Source of the DNA: Podarcis filfolensis
Taxonomy: Eukaryota
NCBI GenBank assembly: GCA_964270895.1
Contig: OZ185441.1
Length of the DNA: 64,000 nt
Direction: 5' to 3' (one strand)
Shown here: in pieces, positions 62,921 to 64,000 of the stretch
Numbering within the stretch: the stretch's first letter is position 1
Layout: the number at the start of each line of letters is the position of its first letter
Notes under the pieces: generated by a model
The model's input: only the letters and a program-made list of their open reading frames with translations
Told to the model about the DNA's origin: nothing
The model's database searches: none
Program-made: the position numbers and the translations under genes

Positions 62921-63530
62921 CTGTTGTTGGCCTCGGTCTGTCTTGAGAGACAATGGAGTGTGCATTTGGAGATGAAATCATACCACAGTGTTAACAGAAG
63001 CAAGGTGACCTCCTCAGGGTTCATGTCTGGGCAGTGTGTATGGAGGTCCTGGGCTGTCGAGATAACAAGACACACCTCTCGGTCTCCCTGCTGTGGTCCA
63101 AAGGAAAGCAGAGCAATACGTTTGGCATCAGCTTGGCTGCAGGAGTAAACCCTTTAAGGTGCCATCCAACCATCTTAGGGATGGTTTTTGGATCTGGATC
63201 ATCTTTGCTATGATCCAGATTTGTATAGGGTTTACTCCTTAGGCTTTTCTGTTCCCAAAGATATCCCACAAAGCAGCGGAGGTTTGGGATCAGAGCTTTC
63301 CTTCTCCTAGTTGAGATATCTCCCAAGGTTGAATGAGCCCCATCTACCCCTCACTTCCCTCTACAGCAAGTGTAGAAATTGTCTTCTTGACCATTGGATC
63401 CACTATTGGTCTCATCCATTCAATCCACCACTGTTTTTCCTGCAGTGTGGCCACTGTCAGCTTCTAGGAGCCATGGGTGAGAGCTGAATGCAAGGTGGAG
63501 ACCAAAGGTACACAAGCTACCTCAGAAGGA
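62921..63530 (-). mobile_element. RTE-derived non-autonomous element (RTE 3' tail joined to non-coding, 5'UTR-like sequence)
   Basis: Left end gttgttggcctcggtctgtcttgagagacaatggagtg matches the RTE tail at ~42841-42880, then diverges from the ORF-bearing copies after ~50 nt; right boundary approximate. Confidence 0.6.
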
Positions 63531-63789
63531 GCATGACATGTCCCCCACCAGACCCCATACATCCCATTGATGGATATACAATACTAGATACACAAAGAAT
63601 ACACGAAGAAACCTTTCATTGCTAGCATATCCAGGTACGGCTGGCAGGGAACCCTGTTAGAAATCCCAGGGAGCTGTTCTCTGTCAGAGTAGACTATACT
63701 TAGCTTGATGGATCAATGGACTGACTCAATATACATCAGCTTCTTGTGTTCCTAAATATAACAACCACAATTTGGGCATAGATCATATT

Positions 63790-63827
63790 ATTATTTTATT
63801 TTATTTTATTTTATTTTATTTTATTTT
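63790..63827. repeat. (ATTTT)n repeat
   Basis: Directly visible. Confidence 0.95.
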
Positions 63828-64000
63828 TGCCCATTGTAAAAAAATACTTCCTCAATCTTGATACACATTCTTAAAACCTAGTGGTCCTGTCGCTAGGATA
63901 TTTCGTATATAAGCTGCATATTCTTGTCTTGATATGTCCAAAATCACTAGTCATTATAAATGAATGTATGAAGAATAGATGCAATTAGAATAACTTAAAA

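Overview
Vertebrate genomic DNA, AT-rich and repeat-dense, most likely from a lacertid lizard. The taxon is inferred from lacertid-type Sauria/Squam1 SINEs, Bov-B and other RTE LINE ends, and L2/CR1 fragments. There are two assembly gaps (2570-2714, 29418-29575). I recognise no protein-coding gene, RNA gene or CpG-island promoter; the GC-rich patches are transposon-derived, and the window reads as a large intron or intergenic region. Well-supported content is mobile elements: hAT MITEs with 8-bp TSDs, four Tc1/mariner-pogo MITEs, SINEs, LINE 3' ends, one TSD-flanked solo LTR and two weaker LTR candidates. I did not find a convincing new biological system. The best leads are: (i) a solo LTR whose minus strand is open for 109 codons from its terminus; (ii) a chimeric RTE/DNA-element repeat with the same junction at two loci; (iii) a nested hAT insertion with an empty-site paralogue in the window; (iv) a pre-miRNA-like hairpin at 22230-22288; (v) a degenerate Penelope-type hammerhead relic; (vi) unidentified exon-like segments with strong splice signals. 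Repeat family names come from recalled consensus sequences and need RepeatMasker/Dfam confirmation.
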